DNA from: an uncultured Chloroflexia bacterium
GTDB taxonomy: Bacteria > Chloroflexota > Chloroflexia > Thermomicrobiales > UBA6265
DNA: 64,000 nt
Assembly (NCBI GenBank): GCA_963724295.1
Contig: CAVRUC010000013.1
Coordinates: 256,001-320,000, forward strand
Direction of reading: 5' to 3'
The notes below the pieces were generated by a model. It saw only the letters and a program-made list of their open reading frames with translations, was not told where the DNA came from and made no database searches. The position numbers and the translations under genes were made by a program. The number at the start of each line of letters is the position of its first letter. Position 1 is the first letter of the stretch. Positions 27,965 to 37,701 of this stretch are shown here, in pieces.

Positions 27965-28738
27965 TTACGGCAATGCCGTGACCATCGCACCGTCGACCTG
28001 CGCCGCCAGCCCCGAGACGTACGATGCGGCGGGAGAGAGGAGGAAGGCAGCGAAGCGCCCCAGCTCGATCGGCTCGCCATAGCGACCGAAGGGGATCTCC
28101 TTGCTCGCCTCGGCGGCCACTTGCTCCTGGCTCTTCCCTGTCATCTCTGCCCGGCCCGCGTCAAGGGTGCGGATACGGTCGGTGTCGAAGCGGCCAGGAG
28201 CCAGTGAGTTCACCCGGATGTCCGGCGCCAGCTCTCGCGCCAGCGTCTTGGCCAGCGCCGCTACCCCCGGACGGAGCACATTCGACGTGTCCAGGTTCGG
28301 GATCGGCTGACGCACGGAGGTCGAGGTAATGAAGAGGATTGCTCCGCCCCGGTCCATTCTCGGCACGAGGGCGCGCAGCAGCCGCAACGGGCCACCAATC
28401 AGGAGCTGGTACGCGGCCAGCCACTGCTCGTCGCTGAGCTCCAATGCCGTTCCAGCCGGCGGTCCCCCGGCGTTGACCACCAGGCCGTCGAGCCGGCCGC
28501 CGAATTGCGCTTCAACCTCGTTCGCAACTTGCTCGCCCGTGCCTGGATAGGCCATGTCGGCGGCAACGGCGCACGCCGCCGGCGCCAGCTCGGCGACCGC
28601 CCGGTTGAGACTCTCCTCGTCGCGGGAGACGAGCAACACCCGAGCCCCTTCCGCGACCAGCGCCTGCGCGATGCCGCGGCCCAATCCCTTGCTGCCGCCA
28701 CCGACCACGAACGCCTTGTCTTTCAGCCCCAGGTCCAC
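27965..28738 (-). CDS. SDR-family oxidoreductase
   Basis: GGSKGLG, NAGGP and SNVLR (atypical active site). Confidence 0.9.
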   Translation of the reverse strand: MDLGLKDKAFVVGGGSKGLGRGIAQALVAEGARVLLVSRDEESLNRAVAELAPAACAVAADMAYPGTGEQVANEVEAQFGGRLDGLVVNAGGPPAGTALELSDEQWLAAYQLLIGGPLRLLRALVPRMDRGGAILFITSTSVRQPIPNLDTSNVLRPGVAALAKTLARELAPDIRVNSLAPGRFDTDRIRTLDAGRAEMTGKSQEQVAAEASKEIPFGRYGEPIELGRFAAFLLSPAASYVSGLAAQVDGAMVTALP

Positions 28739-28789
28739 CGTGAACCCCTCACGCGGGCGACGCACTGCAAGTTGCAGGCGTCACCTCTA

Positions 28790-29914
28790 CTAGCCGTCTT
28801 GCCGTCTTGCCGTCTTGCCGTCTCCAATCGCCGCCACCCGTGCCGCGAAGGCGTCAATGGCGTCGATTCCATTCAGCACGCCGAGCTCGAGATCGTATCC
28901 GCGCGACTCGCCGGGCTGCAGAATGATCAGCTCGCCCGCCTCGCGAGCGGGAAGACGTCCCGAGGTGCGGTTGGTGCACGGCTCGATACCGACGACGTAC
29001 GTCCCCTGGCCCAGCATGCGCCAGATGAAATGCCGCGGCAACTGGTTGCGGTTGAAGACTTCATAGGCGCCGAACCCCGCCGCGCGATTGGCGATAGCGA
29101 CCGGCACCGACCCGTCGGCCTCGGCATTGACATCGTGCTCGGTCACTTGCTCGGTGTAGCCCGCGGTCGGACCATGGAATTGCCGGTAGCCCTCGACCGC
29201 GTGATCCCCGCGAGGAGTCGGGTTGCTCGCCGAAATCAGCATCTCCGCGCCATCGTCCAGGGCCGGGAAGCCAACGTTGATGTGATAGAGGTACATGTGC
29301 GGCGTCGGCGCCCAACCGGCGTTCGTCACCACGTCGTGGATCGTTAGCCGGGCCTCGCCAACCTTTGCCTCGACACGGCGGCGCAGGATCAGGTTCTCTC
29401 CGAATACCGCCGCTTGCGCGATTTCCGCTTCCGCCCAGAGGGTGCACTCGTTGCCGTCCCAACGCGCGCCATAGCCAGCGAGCTTCGCCGGCAGGTACGA
29501 GACGCGGCCGTGCAGTCCGAAGCGCTCGGTCTGCTTGGGCGGGTAGTTGTAGTGCTCGGCGGTGTCCTCGGCCATAAAGAGCGCGTGCTCCATGCCGCAG
29601 GTCGTCAGCAGTCCACCGCCGAAGCCGCGCAACCAGCCCAGATCCTCCGGCTCGTAGTACCACGGCCCGATGAACCCGGTCGCGCTCTGCCAACCGAGAG
29701 CGCGACCATCGTGCTCGCAGCGGCCGATATCCATCGCCCGATCGACCAGGACGTCGAAGCTGAACCCGGAGCCAGTGCGAAACTCGAGGACGCGCACGCC
29801 CCGCTCCAGCCCGTCGCCGTGCTCGACCAGCCGCACCCCGGCGACCTGCTCCAGTCGCCCGATGCGCTGCATCAGCTCCTCGCGCGTGAACCGCCGTCCC
29901 CAGAGCGTGGGCAT
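28790..29914 (-). CDS. DUF4432 / aldose-1-epimerase-like protein
   Basis: DRAMDIG, GGLLTTCG, LHGR, YHINVGFP and GIEP. Confidence 0.85.
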   Translation of the reverse strand: MPTLWGRRFTREELMQRIGRLEQVAGVRLVEHGDGLERGVRVLEFRTGSGFSFDVLVDRAMDIGRCEHDGRALGWQSATGFIGPWYYEPEDLGWLRGFGGGLLTTCGMEHALFMAEDTAEHYNYPPKQTERFGLHGRVSYLPAKLAGYGARWDGNECTLWAEAEIAQAAVFGENLILRRRVEAKVGEARLTIHDVVTNAGWAPTPHMYLYHINVGFPALDDGAEMLISASNPTPRGDHAVEGYRQFHGPTAGYTEQVTEHDVNAEADGSVPVAIANRAAGFGAYEVFNRNQLPRHFIWRMLGQGTYVVGIEPCTNRTSGRLPAREAGELIILQPGESRGYDLELGVLNGIDAIDAFAARVAAIGDGKTARRQDG

Positions 29915-29933
29915 GGGATTCCTCCTTGGACGA

Positions 29934-30066
29934 AGTCGGTGAGTCGGTGAGTCGGTGAGTCGGGAGTGAAGTCCAGGGACATAGTTGGCTCAGTGATTGA
30001 CCAGACCCTCAAATTCCCGCGTCCTGATTCTACTTGCCAACTTACCGACTGGCCGACTCACCGACT
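29934..30066. repeat. 8-mer tandem repeats (AGTCGGTG x4) with inverted degenerate copies
   Basis: 29934-65 direct, 30032-66 inverted. Confidence 0.8.
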
Positions 30067-30086
30067 TTCGACACGTACTGGCGCTT

Positions 30087-31838
30087 TCACGACCAGCCGA
30101 ATTGCCGCTCCAGCGCATCGGCGGTCACGTGCATGAGGAGCGGCGATCCGTGCGGGCAGACGGCCGGGGCGGCAGTCTGTCCCAGACCCTGGACAAGGGC
30201 TCGCATCGCCGGTCGATCGAGGACGCGGCCGCGACGAACCGCTGTGCGGCAGGAGAGCCGCACCAGCAGCCGCTCTTGCCACGTCTCGCCGTCGCCGGCC
30301 CGATCGGCCTCGTCGGCAACGACCGCCAGCGCCTCGGCCAGCAAGGACGGGTCGGCAAGACCGGCCAGATTCAGCGCGTCGTCGCCTCCCGGCAGGACTC
30401 CTGGTAAGTGGGGCGCGGATCGCAAGAGGAAGGCCCGCCCACCGAACTCCTCCAGCGCGAACCCGAGTGCCCCCAGCTCGGTCAGTCGCCGCTCCAGGGC
30501 CAGAGCCTGGGGAAGGCTGACCTCGACCAGCAGCGGCTCGGGCAGCACCACTGGCTCCGGGGCCGGAACTTCGCCCGTCCCAGTCGCATGGGCGGCGCGC
30601 ATCCGCTCGTAGAGAATGCGCTCGTGGGCGCGGTGCTGATCGACGAGGTAGAGTCCGGCGTCTCCTTCCAGTAGCAGGAGTCGCGCCCCGACCTGGCCGA
30701 TGAGGCGCAATACCGGCAACCCCGGGGTGACGATCGGCGAGGCATCGTCCCAGAGGCCCGGTTCTTCGGCGAGAGCCGTTTCGGCGTCGCGGGCCAGGGC
30801 CGCCGCGCCGGAGAGCGGCTCCCAGCGCAATCGCAATGGGCGGCGGCCGAGTGCATCCCGCACCAGCCCCGCCATCGCGGCGGCGATCTCTCGTTCGTCC
30901 CGCAGCCGGACCTCGAGCTTGGCGGGGTGAACGTTGACATCGACCCTTCGTGGATCGACCTCGACGGCCAGCAGCAGCACAGGGTGGCGGCCGCGCGGCA
31001 GCAGGGGCCGATAGGCCGCCTCCAGCGCCGATTGCAGGCCGCGGCCGGAGACCGGTCTCCCGTTCACGAGCAGGGTGACCCCACTACGACCGGGGCGGGT
31101 GACTTCGGCGCCCGAGATAGCGCCCTGGATGCGGGCTCCGGCGGCCTCCAGCGGTCCCAGCGCGACGAGTGACCCGGAGAGCGCGTGGCCGTGGGTCTCG
31201 GCGAGCGTCGCCAGGAGATCGTCCGACCCGGAGGTCTGCAACGCGAGCCGGTCTTCGACGTGGAGCGAGAAGCGGACGCCCGGCGCGGCCAGCGCCAACC
31301 GGCGCACGGTCCCCGCGATCTGGGTGGTCTCACCGCGTGCACTGTTGCCAGTGAAGGTCGAACGGCGAGCGGGGAGATCGGCGAAGAGCCCGCGCACGGT
31401 GACGGTAGTGCCGGCAGGTCGTGGCGCCGGCTCGTCCCGCAGCACCCGTCCCCCGCGCAGGGTCAGCCGCCAGCCAGCACCGGCGCCGGTCGCCGAGACG
31501 AGATCGAGCTCGGCCACCCCAGCGATGCTCGGCAGGGCCTCGCCGCGGAACCCGAGGGTGCGCACCGCGGCGAGCCCCTCGGCTGGGTACTTGCTGGTGG
31601 CGTGGCGCTGACAGGCGAGCCAGAGATCGGCCGCGCGAATGCCGCGCCCATCGTCGCCGACCCGGATGAGATCGAGCCCGCCGCCGCGAACGTCGATGCG
31701 TACGGCGGTCGCCCCGGCATCGATCGCGTTCTCGACCAGCTCCTTGACCACCGACGCCGGCCGCTCGATCGTCTCCCCAGCGGCGATGCCGGCCGCCACG
31801 CCAACTGGTAGCACCTTGATCGTTCCGGCAGCTGACAC
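30087..31838 (-). CDS. mutL: DNA mismatch repair endonuclease MutL (start GTG 31838, or ATG 31867 with an indel)
   Basis: KELVENAIDA, RHATSK, GFRGEAL, DVNVHPAK, DQHxAHE and CPHG. Confidence 0.93.
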   Translation of the reverse strand: MSAAGTIKVLPVGVAAGIAAGETIERPASVVKELVENAIDAGATAVRIDVRGGGLDLIRVGDDGRGIRAADLWLACQRHATSKYPAEGLAAVRTLGFRGEALPSIAGVAELDLVSATGAGAGWRLTLRGGRVLRDEPAPRPAGTTVTVRGLFADLPARRSTFTGNSARGETTQIAGTVRRLALAAPGVRFSLHVEDRLALQTSGSDDLLATLAETHGHALSGSLVALGPLEAAGARIQGAISGAEVTRPGRSGVTLLVNGRPVSGRGLQSALEAAYRPLLPRGRHPVLLLAVEVDPRRVDVNVHPAKLEVRLRDEREIAAAMAGLVRDALGRRPLRLRWEPLSGAAALARDAETALAEEPGLWDDASPIVTPGLPVLRLIGQVGARLLLLEGDAGLYLVDQHRAHERILYERMRAAHATGTGEVPAPEPVVLPEPLLVEVSLPQALALERRLTELGALGFALEEFGGRAFLLRSAPHLPGVLPGGDDALNLAGLADPSLLAEALAVVADEADRAGDGETWQERLLVRLSCRTAVRRGRVLDRPAMRALVQGLGQTAAPAVCPHGSPLLMHVTADALERQFGWS

Positions 31839-32112
31839 GCGCTCGGTCGCTGGCGAGGACGGCTCATCGCCTCCCCCATATGGGGGAGGAACTCGAGAAG
31901 GCAGCCTCACTGTGGGTCGCATCAGTTTCCACGGGGCAAATCCGAGGTTGGCGGGCACCGGTGTTGCCGACCGAAGCCGAAAGCGCCAGACTGACTCCGG
32001 CCGCGGGAAATACCGTTCGCGTCGATAGCCGGCGAACGATAGCATGCTGCCGCACGTACCGAAACCGCACCGAGCGACAACCGGGCACGATTCTCTCCGA
32101 GGCAAGACCCCC

Positions 32113-33756
32113 ATGAGCGATTCCCAAAGTGAGAGCCCGCCGCAGGCGTTCCCACTGCTGACCGACGAGCAGATTGCCCTGCTGCGTCCGTTCGGCGAGG
32201 TGCGCCCGACCCAGACCGGCGAAGTCCTCTTCGAGGTTGGCGACGCGACGTATCCGCTCGTCGTCGTCCTCAGCGGAGAGACCGCGATCATCGATCGCTC
32301 CGATGGGAGCGACCAGCTGATCACCACCACCGGCCCCGGTGGCTTCAATGGCGAGCTAGGTCTGCTCACCGGGCAGATGGTCTTCGCCGCCTGTGTCGTC
32401 CGCGAGCCGGGTGAGGTGCTTCTCGTTCCCCCGGCCGGCGTTCATGAGGCGATCGAGACGATCCCCGTGCTGAGCGACCTGCTGATCACGGCGTTTGCCT
32501 GGCGTCGCCAGCTCCTGATGCGAGCCGCCGCGGCGACGCTCACCCTGATCGGGCCTGACTCGTCGCCGAGCATCTTGCGCCTGCAGGAGTTCGTCTCCCG
32601 CAACCGCATCCCCAGCCGCTGGTTCCCGCCGGACGACCCTGTCGCTTCGGCGCTGCTGGACCGCTTCAATGCGCGTGGCGATGGTGAAGTCTGGGTCGTG
32701 GTCCGCGGACAGAAAGCCCTGCGCGACCCCAGCATCCTCTACCTGGCCAAGGCCCTTGGTCTCGACCTGGCCGTCTACCAGGAGACGCTGGCCGATCTGA
32801 TCGTGGTCGGCGCCGGTCCCGCCGGACTGGCGGCCGCGGTCTATGGGGCATCAGAGGGACTGACGACCGTCGCCGTCGACGATCTGGCCATCGGCGGTCA
32901 GGCCGGCACCTCCTCGAAAATCGAGAACTATCTTGGCTTCCCGACGGGGATCTCCGGCGGCGAGCTGGCGTTCCGGGCCGAGGTGCAGGCGGTCAAGTTC
33001 GGCGCCAGGGTCACGGTGCCGCGGCAGGCAACGGCCCTGACTCGGGAGAACGGGCACTACGTGGTTCGCCTCGACGACAAGACCGATCTGCGCGGGCGGA
33101 GCGTCATCATCGCCACCGGCGCTCGCTATCGACGGCTCGGCCTGCCCCATCAGGAACGATTCGACGGCGCCGGCGTCTACTACGCCGCCACCGATCTCGA
33201 AGCCAGGCGATGTCGCGACGCTGAGGTGATCGTCGTCGGCGGCGGGAACTCGGCTGGACAGGCGGCGATGTTCCTGGCGGAATCGGCACGCTGCGTCCAC
33301 CTCGTCTACCGGGGCGCGGTGCTGGGACGGAGCATGTCCCAGTATCTGGTGTCGCGCCTGGAGCACGCGCCGAACGTGCACATTCACACCGGGACCGAGG
33401 TGCAGATATTGCGCGGGGCCGAACAGCTGGAGTCGGTAACCGTCGTCAACGGTCGCGGGCAGCGCGAGACGATCGCGACTCGCGCCGTGTTCGTGATGAT
33501 CGGCTCCGATCCGTGCACCGACTGGTTGCAGGGAGCGCTTGACCTCGACGAGCGGGGCTTTGTCGCAACGGGTCTGGCCACCGCGGACCCACGGCCGGGC
33601 GCGATGTCACCATATGAAACTAGTTTGCCCGGCGTTTTCGCGGTCGGCGATGTGCGAAGCGGCTCGATCAAGCGCGTCGCCTCCGCGGTCGGCGAAGGGT
33701 CGGTGGTCGTCCAGGCGGTGCATCAGTACCTGGCGACGATACGGAATGGCGAGTGA
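32113..33756 (+). CDS. cNMP-binding domain + thioredoxin-reductase-like FAD oxidoreductase
   Basis: GELGLL, GAGPAG, IENYLGFPTG, GGGNSAGQ and KRVASAVGEG. Confidence 0.9.
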   Translation: MSDSQSESPPQAFPLLTDEQIALLRPFGEVRPTQTGEVLFEVGDATYPLVVVLSGETAIIDRSDGSDQLITTTGPGGFNGELGLLTGQMVFAACVVREPGEVLLVPPAGVHEAIETIPVLSDLLITAFAWRRQLLMRAAAATLTLIGPDSSPSILRLQEFVSRNRIPSRWFPPDDPVASALLDRFNARGDGEVWVVVRGQKALRDPSILYLAKALGLDLAVYQETLADLIVVGAGPAGLAAAVYGASEGLTTVAVDDLAIGGQAGTSSKIENYLGFPTGISGGELAFRAEVQAVKFGARVTVPRQATALTRENGHYVVRLDDKTDLRGRSVIIATGARYRRLGLPHQERFDGAGVYYAATDLEARRCRDAEVIVVGGGNSAGQAAMFLAESARCVHLVYRGAVLGRSMSQYLVSRLEHAPNVHIHTGTEVQILRGAEQLESVTVVNGRGQRETIATRAVFVMIGSDPCTDWLQGALDLDERGFVATGLATADPRPGAMSPYETSLPGVFAVGDVRSGSIKRVASAVGEGSVVVQAVHQYLATIRNGE

Positions 33757-33890
33757 GACGATCCGGTCAAGAGCAGATCCCACGCTGAAGCGGGAGTAGC
33801 GCCAGAAGGCAAGGGAGCAGCGGTCCCACAAGCCGGTCCGGGGTTTCGGCGTGGACGACCCGCGACGTCATTCGCCGCAATCGCCGGCCG

Positions 33891-34172
33891 CTACGCGCCC
33901 CCGGTGCCGGCGCCGAAACCGCCGCCGCGGGTATCGCCCAGACCGGCGCCGGGTTTGCCAGCGCCACCGACGTCTACGCCACCGAGGTCGGCCTGCTCCA
34001 CACCGGCCCCGCTGGCGCCAGGGTCGGTATCCGGGAGGTCACCACGTCCGACGTCCGTGGGCGGTGCACCCAGGCTCCCGGTGCCTTCCGCGTCTCCGCT
34101 GTTGCTGTCGTGGTCTCCGGCGGTGGTGTCGACCCAATCAGCTCCCCGGGTCCCACGATCGCGCTCGGTCAT
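33891..34172 (-). CDS. small acidic Gly-rich hydrophilic protein
   Basis: AGGAGG SD; low-complexity composition. Confidence 0.6.
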   Translation of the reverse strand: MTERDRGTRGADWVDTTAGDHDSNSGDAEGTGSLGAPPTDVGRGDLPDTDPGASGAGVEQADLGGVDVGGAGKPGAGLGDTRGGGFGAGTGGA

Positions 34173-34357
34173 CTGCGGCCTCCTGGTATCTCATCAACTT
34201 CAACCGGGATAAGAACGGCAAACGCGCCGCCAGCACTCTGGGCGACGCGAGGTTGCCCTCTACCAGGAGACTGCGCATGTTCCATGCCGGGATGTCGCCG
34301 CCGATCCGAGTCGTCTCCGCTGTGCCGCGAGCCGCGGCGGCGTGCCGGCCGGAGCGC

Positions 34358-34513
34358 CTACCGCTCCCCTTCGGCCGGCTCGTCCGGATGCGGTGGGCGC
34401 GGCTGGTCCGCAACCTCACCCGGTTCGCGCGCACCCTCGGCTGGTTCGACCGGGTGGTTGTTGTGCCCGTCTTCAGTCGCGGTCCCTGCCGCGGGCTGCT
34501 GCTTCTCGACCAT
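34358..34513 (-). CDS. small Pro/Glu-rich hypothetical protein
   Basis: Repeated PAEG motif; start inferred. Confidence 0.45.
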   Translation of the reverse strand: MVEKQQPAAGTATEDGHNNHPVEPAEGAREPGEVADQPRPPHPDEPAEGER

Positions 34514-34596
34514 GACCGTGACCCCAGTGCTCTTCCGCCGGACGACGAACCGACCGGTTATCGGCAAGGGTAGGCGAATCCAGTCATGGGTGGCTG

Positions 34597-35397
34597 TCAA
34601 AGAAATGACGGCAGCCGGTAGACAAAACCCGGGCCGCCAAGATACATCCCCGGGTCGACGTCGAGACATTGACTACCGGCGTAGAGGAGTGGCTCCCGCA
34701 CCGCCTCGGGCGGCTGCCCGGTTAGCTTCGTGACCGGGGTATGCCCGTGCACGAGCCGCCGGCCGCCGAAGTGTCGCAAGAACGCCCCGGCGCGCTCGGC
34801 TCCCGTCGTGGCGTCGACAAAGGCTCGGTGCTCGCTGAACTCGTCCAGCAACCGATCCCAGCCCATGATGTCGTCGCTCCGGAGCACATCGGTCATCGTC
34901 TGGTTGACCTGCGCGATTGATTGGCCGTAGTGGGTGTAGAGCAGTGCGTCGGCATGGGCGAGGAGGTGCTCGCCTTCCCGTGCCATCGCCGGCAGACTGG
35001 AGAGCCAGCGCACGTGATCGGGAGTGATGCGCTCCAGGTCAGTCTCCTGACCGCCGTTCTCTTGCCAATAGTCCCGGCACGTCTTCTCCGAGCCCGGGAT
35101 GGGCCGCGTGCCGAAACGGTGCGCGGCCAGCAGGAGCATGTCATGGTTGCCGAGCAACGCCCGCACGCGTCCCCCGGCCTCGGCAGCCTGTTGTTGCAAC
35201 CGCATGACCAGCTCGACGGCGCCAATGCCGTCCGGACCGTGATCGACCAGATCGCCCATGAGCCAGAGAGTGCTCTGCTCGCCGCACCAGGTCTCATTCC
35301 CGTCCGTGTCCGTGCGGATCAGATTCGCGCCGCGCAGCAGATCGCGCAGTTTCTCCAGCTCGCCATGAACGTCGCCGATGACGTGGACCGCGCTCAC
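34597..35397 (-). CDS. calcineurin-like metallophosphoesterase (Shelph-like)
   Basis: GDVHG, GDLVDHG, GNHD and HGHT; GTG start after GGGAGG. Confidence 0.9.
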   Translation of the reverse strand: MSAVHVIGDVHGELEKLRDLLRGANLIRTDTDGNETWCGEQSTLWLMGDLVDHGPDGIGAVELVMRLQQQAAEAGGRVRALLGNHDMLLLAAHRFGTRPIPGSEKTCRDYWQENGGQETDLERITPDHVRWLSSLPAMAREGEHLLAHADALLYTHYGQSIAQVNQTMTDVLRSDDIMGWDRLLDEFSEHRAFVDATTGAERAGAFLRHFGGRRLVHGHTPVTKLTGQPPEAVREPLLYAGSQCLDVDPGMYLGGPGFVYRLPSFL

Positions 35398-35537
35398 GAA
35401 TTCCTCCCCTGGAACGGGTTGGGCGCCCATCAAACATGTTCCCATGGTAGGGGAGAGACGCCAAAAAGAGGCGTCTCGATCCACCACGGAATCGAACCCC
35501 AACCCAGACCTATTCCGGAATAACGAGGTACCAAACG

Positions 35538-35574
35538 AGAAGCCGCCACATGATCCCGCCATGTGGCGGCTTCT
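35538..35574 (-). terminator. hairpin terminator after the ABC-2 operon
   Basis: AGAAGCCGCCACATG/CATGTGGCGGCTTCT. Confidence 0.7.
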
Positions 35575-35630
35575 TGAAAATGCCGATCGATGATTTCGAG
35601 CCCGAGCCATGAAGCGTTCAGAGCACCAGG

Positions 35631-36500
35631 CTAGCCGCGTGTCACGCGTCCCCTCAGTGCGGCCAGCGCCAGCCCAATGCTGAAGACGCCGACGAGCACG
35701 ATGGCTGCCACCGCCTGCATGAGCAGAGCCGGCTGCCAGCCGCCGTAGAGAAGGGAGCGCAGCCCGGCCAGCAGATAGGTCATTGGATTGAAGCGGGCGA
35801 TGGTCGCCATCCAGCCGGTCAGCGCCTCCAGAGGCAGGCTGGCAGTGGTCAGGAAGACGAAGGGCATAAACAGCAAGAAGATAGTGTTGACCATGCCCGC
35901 CGACGCGGTCTTCAGTGCCATGGCGTAGGAGAATCCGGTGAACGCCAGTCCCCAGAAGCCGGAGATCAAGAGAAAGAGGAGCAGACCGAGCAGCCCGGTT
36001 TCGAAGCGGACACCGACGAGCATCCCAAGCAGGATAACCGGCACCGAGAGAATGATGATCTGGACGAAGTCCGCCGCCATCATCCCCAACACCAGCGGCA
36101 ACCGTCGCACTGGACTCATCAGCATGCGATCGAAATACCCCGACTGGATGTCCGTCACGACCGCGTGGGCGCGGGAAACACCGGTGACGGCGAAGATGAT
36201 CGCCGTCGGCAGCTGAAAGGCCCGGTAGTCGAGCCCGGGGATGCCGCGCTGAGCGAAATCCTGCAGCGTCCCAATGTTCACGGCGAAGAAGAAGACCGGG
36301 AAGATCAACCCCGGGATCATCAGCTCCGGCTCCCGCGGCAGCGCTCGCAGCGAGCGGAGGGCAACCGACCAGAGATCGGACCAGAAGCCTGCGGGCCGGG
36401 CCTCGATCGTCCCGGCGGGCCGGTGTGGCGGAGCAGCTGCTCGGCCATTGGACGCAAACGTTGTCTCATCGGGCCTGACGGGGGTTTGCAGAGCACTCAC
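35631..36500 (-). CDS. ABC-2 exporter permease (DrrB-like)
   Basis: 6 TM segments; NPMTY motif. Confidence 0.9.
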   Translation of the reverse strand: MSALQTPVRPDETTFASNGRAAAPPHRPAGTIEARPAGFWSDLWSVALRSLRALPREPELMIPGLIFPVFFFAVNIGTLQDFAQRGIPGLDYRAFQLPTAIIFAVTGVSRAHAVVTDIQSGYFDRMLMSPVRRLPLVLGMMAADFVQIIILSVPVILLGMLVGVRFETGLLGLLLFLLISGFWGLAFTGFSYAMALKTASAGMVNTIFLLFMPFVFLTTASLPLEALTGWMATIARFNPMTYLLAGLRSLLYGGWQPALLMQAVAAIVLVGVFSIGLALAALRGRVTRG

Positions 36501-37447
36501 GCGGCTTCTCCTTCTACGTCCAGGTGTTGACCGGTCAGGGTGAGAAAGACATCGTCGAGCGTCGGCTCGCGCAGGGTGAGTGAGCGCACCCGGATATCCG
36601 CCCCGGCCAGGGCAACAGCGATCGGCGAGACGTTCCCCGGGCCATCCGCGGTGGCGGCGAGGATTTCGTCGCCGCGGACCTCGACGCTGTCAACGCCGGG
36701 AAGCGCCGCGATCGTTGAGGTGGCGGTTGCGACGTTGTTTACCCGGACGGTGACGACGTCGGCGCCGATCGAACGCTTCAGCGCGGCCGGTGTACCTTCG
36801 GCGATGATCCGGCCGTGGTCAATGATGCCGACCCGGTCCGCCAGGGCATCTGCCTCCTCCAGGTACTGGGTCGTCAGGAAGATGGTCATCCCCAGATCAT
36901 GGTTGAGGCGCTGAACCTCCTCCCAGACTTTGGCTCGGGAGGCGGGATCGAGTCCGGTGGTCGGCTCGTCAAGGAAGAGCACCTCCGGGTTGTGGATCAG
37001 CGCCGCCGCCAGATCGACCCGCCGCTTCATCCCGCCGGAGTAGGTCTTGATCCGCTGCTCGAGCGCATCACCGATGTCGATCAGTCCCCGCAACTCGGTC
37101 AGCCGGGTGTCGATATCCGATCTGGAGAGTCCGTAATAGCGCCCCTGTTGACGGAGCAGCTCGGCGCCGGTCTGCTGGACGTCAAGCGCGGCCGACTGCA
37201 GCGCCGCCCCGATCCGCAGTCGAACCTGTCCCGGTTGCCGGGCCACATCGTATCCGGCAACTGTTGCCCGGCCGCCATTCAAGGCGGTCAGCGTGCAAAG
37301 CATGCGAGTGGTCGTCGACTTCCCGGCGCCATTTGGACCCAGGAAGCCATAGATCTCGCCGCGCCTGACGGCAAGATCGACGTGGTCCACGGCGACGAAC
37401 GAACCGAAGCGGCGCTCCAGCCCGGTCGCATCGATAGCGAGCTCCAT
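36497..37447 (-). CDS. ABC exporter ATP-binding subunit (DrrA-like)
   Basis: GPNGAGKS, YSGGM, LDEPTTGLDP and TTQYLEEA. Confidence 0.93.
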   Translation of the reverse strand: MELAIDATGLERRFGSFVAVDHVDLAVRRGEIYGFLGPNGAGKSTTTRMLCTLTALNGGRATVAGYDVARQPGQVRLRIGAALQSAALDVQQTGAELLRQQGRYYGLSRSDIDTRLTELRGLIDIGDALEQRIKTYSGGMKRRVDLAAALIHNPEVLFLDEPTTGLDPASRAKVWEEVQRLNHDLGMTIFLTTQYLEEADALADRVGIIDHGRIIAEGTPAALKRSIGADVVTVRVNNVATATSTIAALPGVDSVEVRGDEILAATADGPGNVSPIAVALAGADIRVRSLTLREPTLDDVFLTLTGQHLDVEGEAA

Positions 37448-37625
37448 CTTCACGCGTCTCCTTGATTCCGGCATTCGAAGCTTGCGAGCCCATGTAGCGG
37501 CGCGACCATTACGGTCAGCGCCGATCGCCACGATCCCTCAGCGCGGCGAGATCAAGAAATGTCCGCGTGCTACCGAAAACAGTACGGGCCGCGATCATCA
37601 TTTACCGATCGCAGCCCGTACGTAC

Positions 37626-37654
37626 ATTGTAGAACATCAGTTCGTTTGTGTCAA
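37626..37654 (-). promoter_or_regulatory. near-consensus promoter TTGACA-N17-TACAAT with a GAAC-N4-GTTC box in the spacer
   Basis: Read directly from the sequence. Confidence 0.75.
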
Positions 37655-37701
37655 CCGGGAAACGCGTTCCTGGTGTCGCCTTCGGCTTTTATGGACGACG
37701 T

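Noticed and set aside
30087..32369. 760-aa MutL with a long N-terminal extension
   Set aside because: The extension is antisense to the cNMP-TrxB gene; MutL homology begins near 31838.
32113..33756. Canonical trxB
   Set aside because: Lacks the CxxC redox motif (YAATDLEA) and has a cNMP domain; this is a known separate family.
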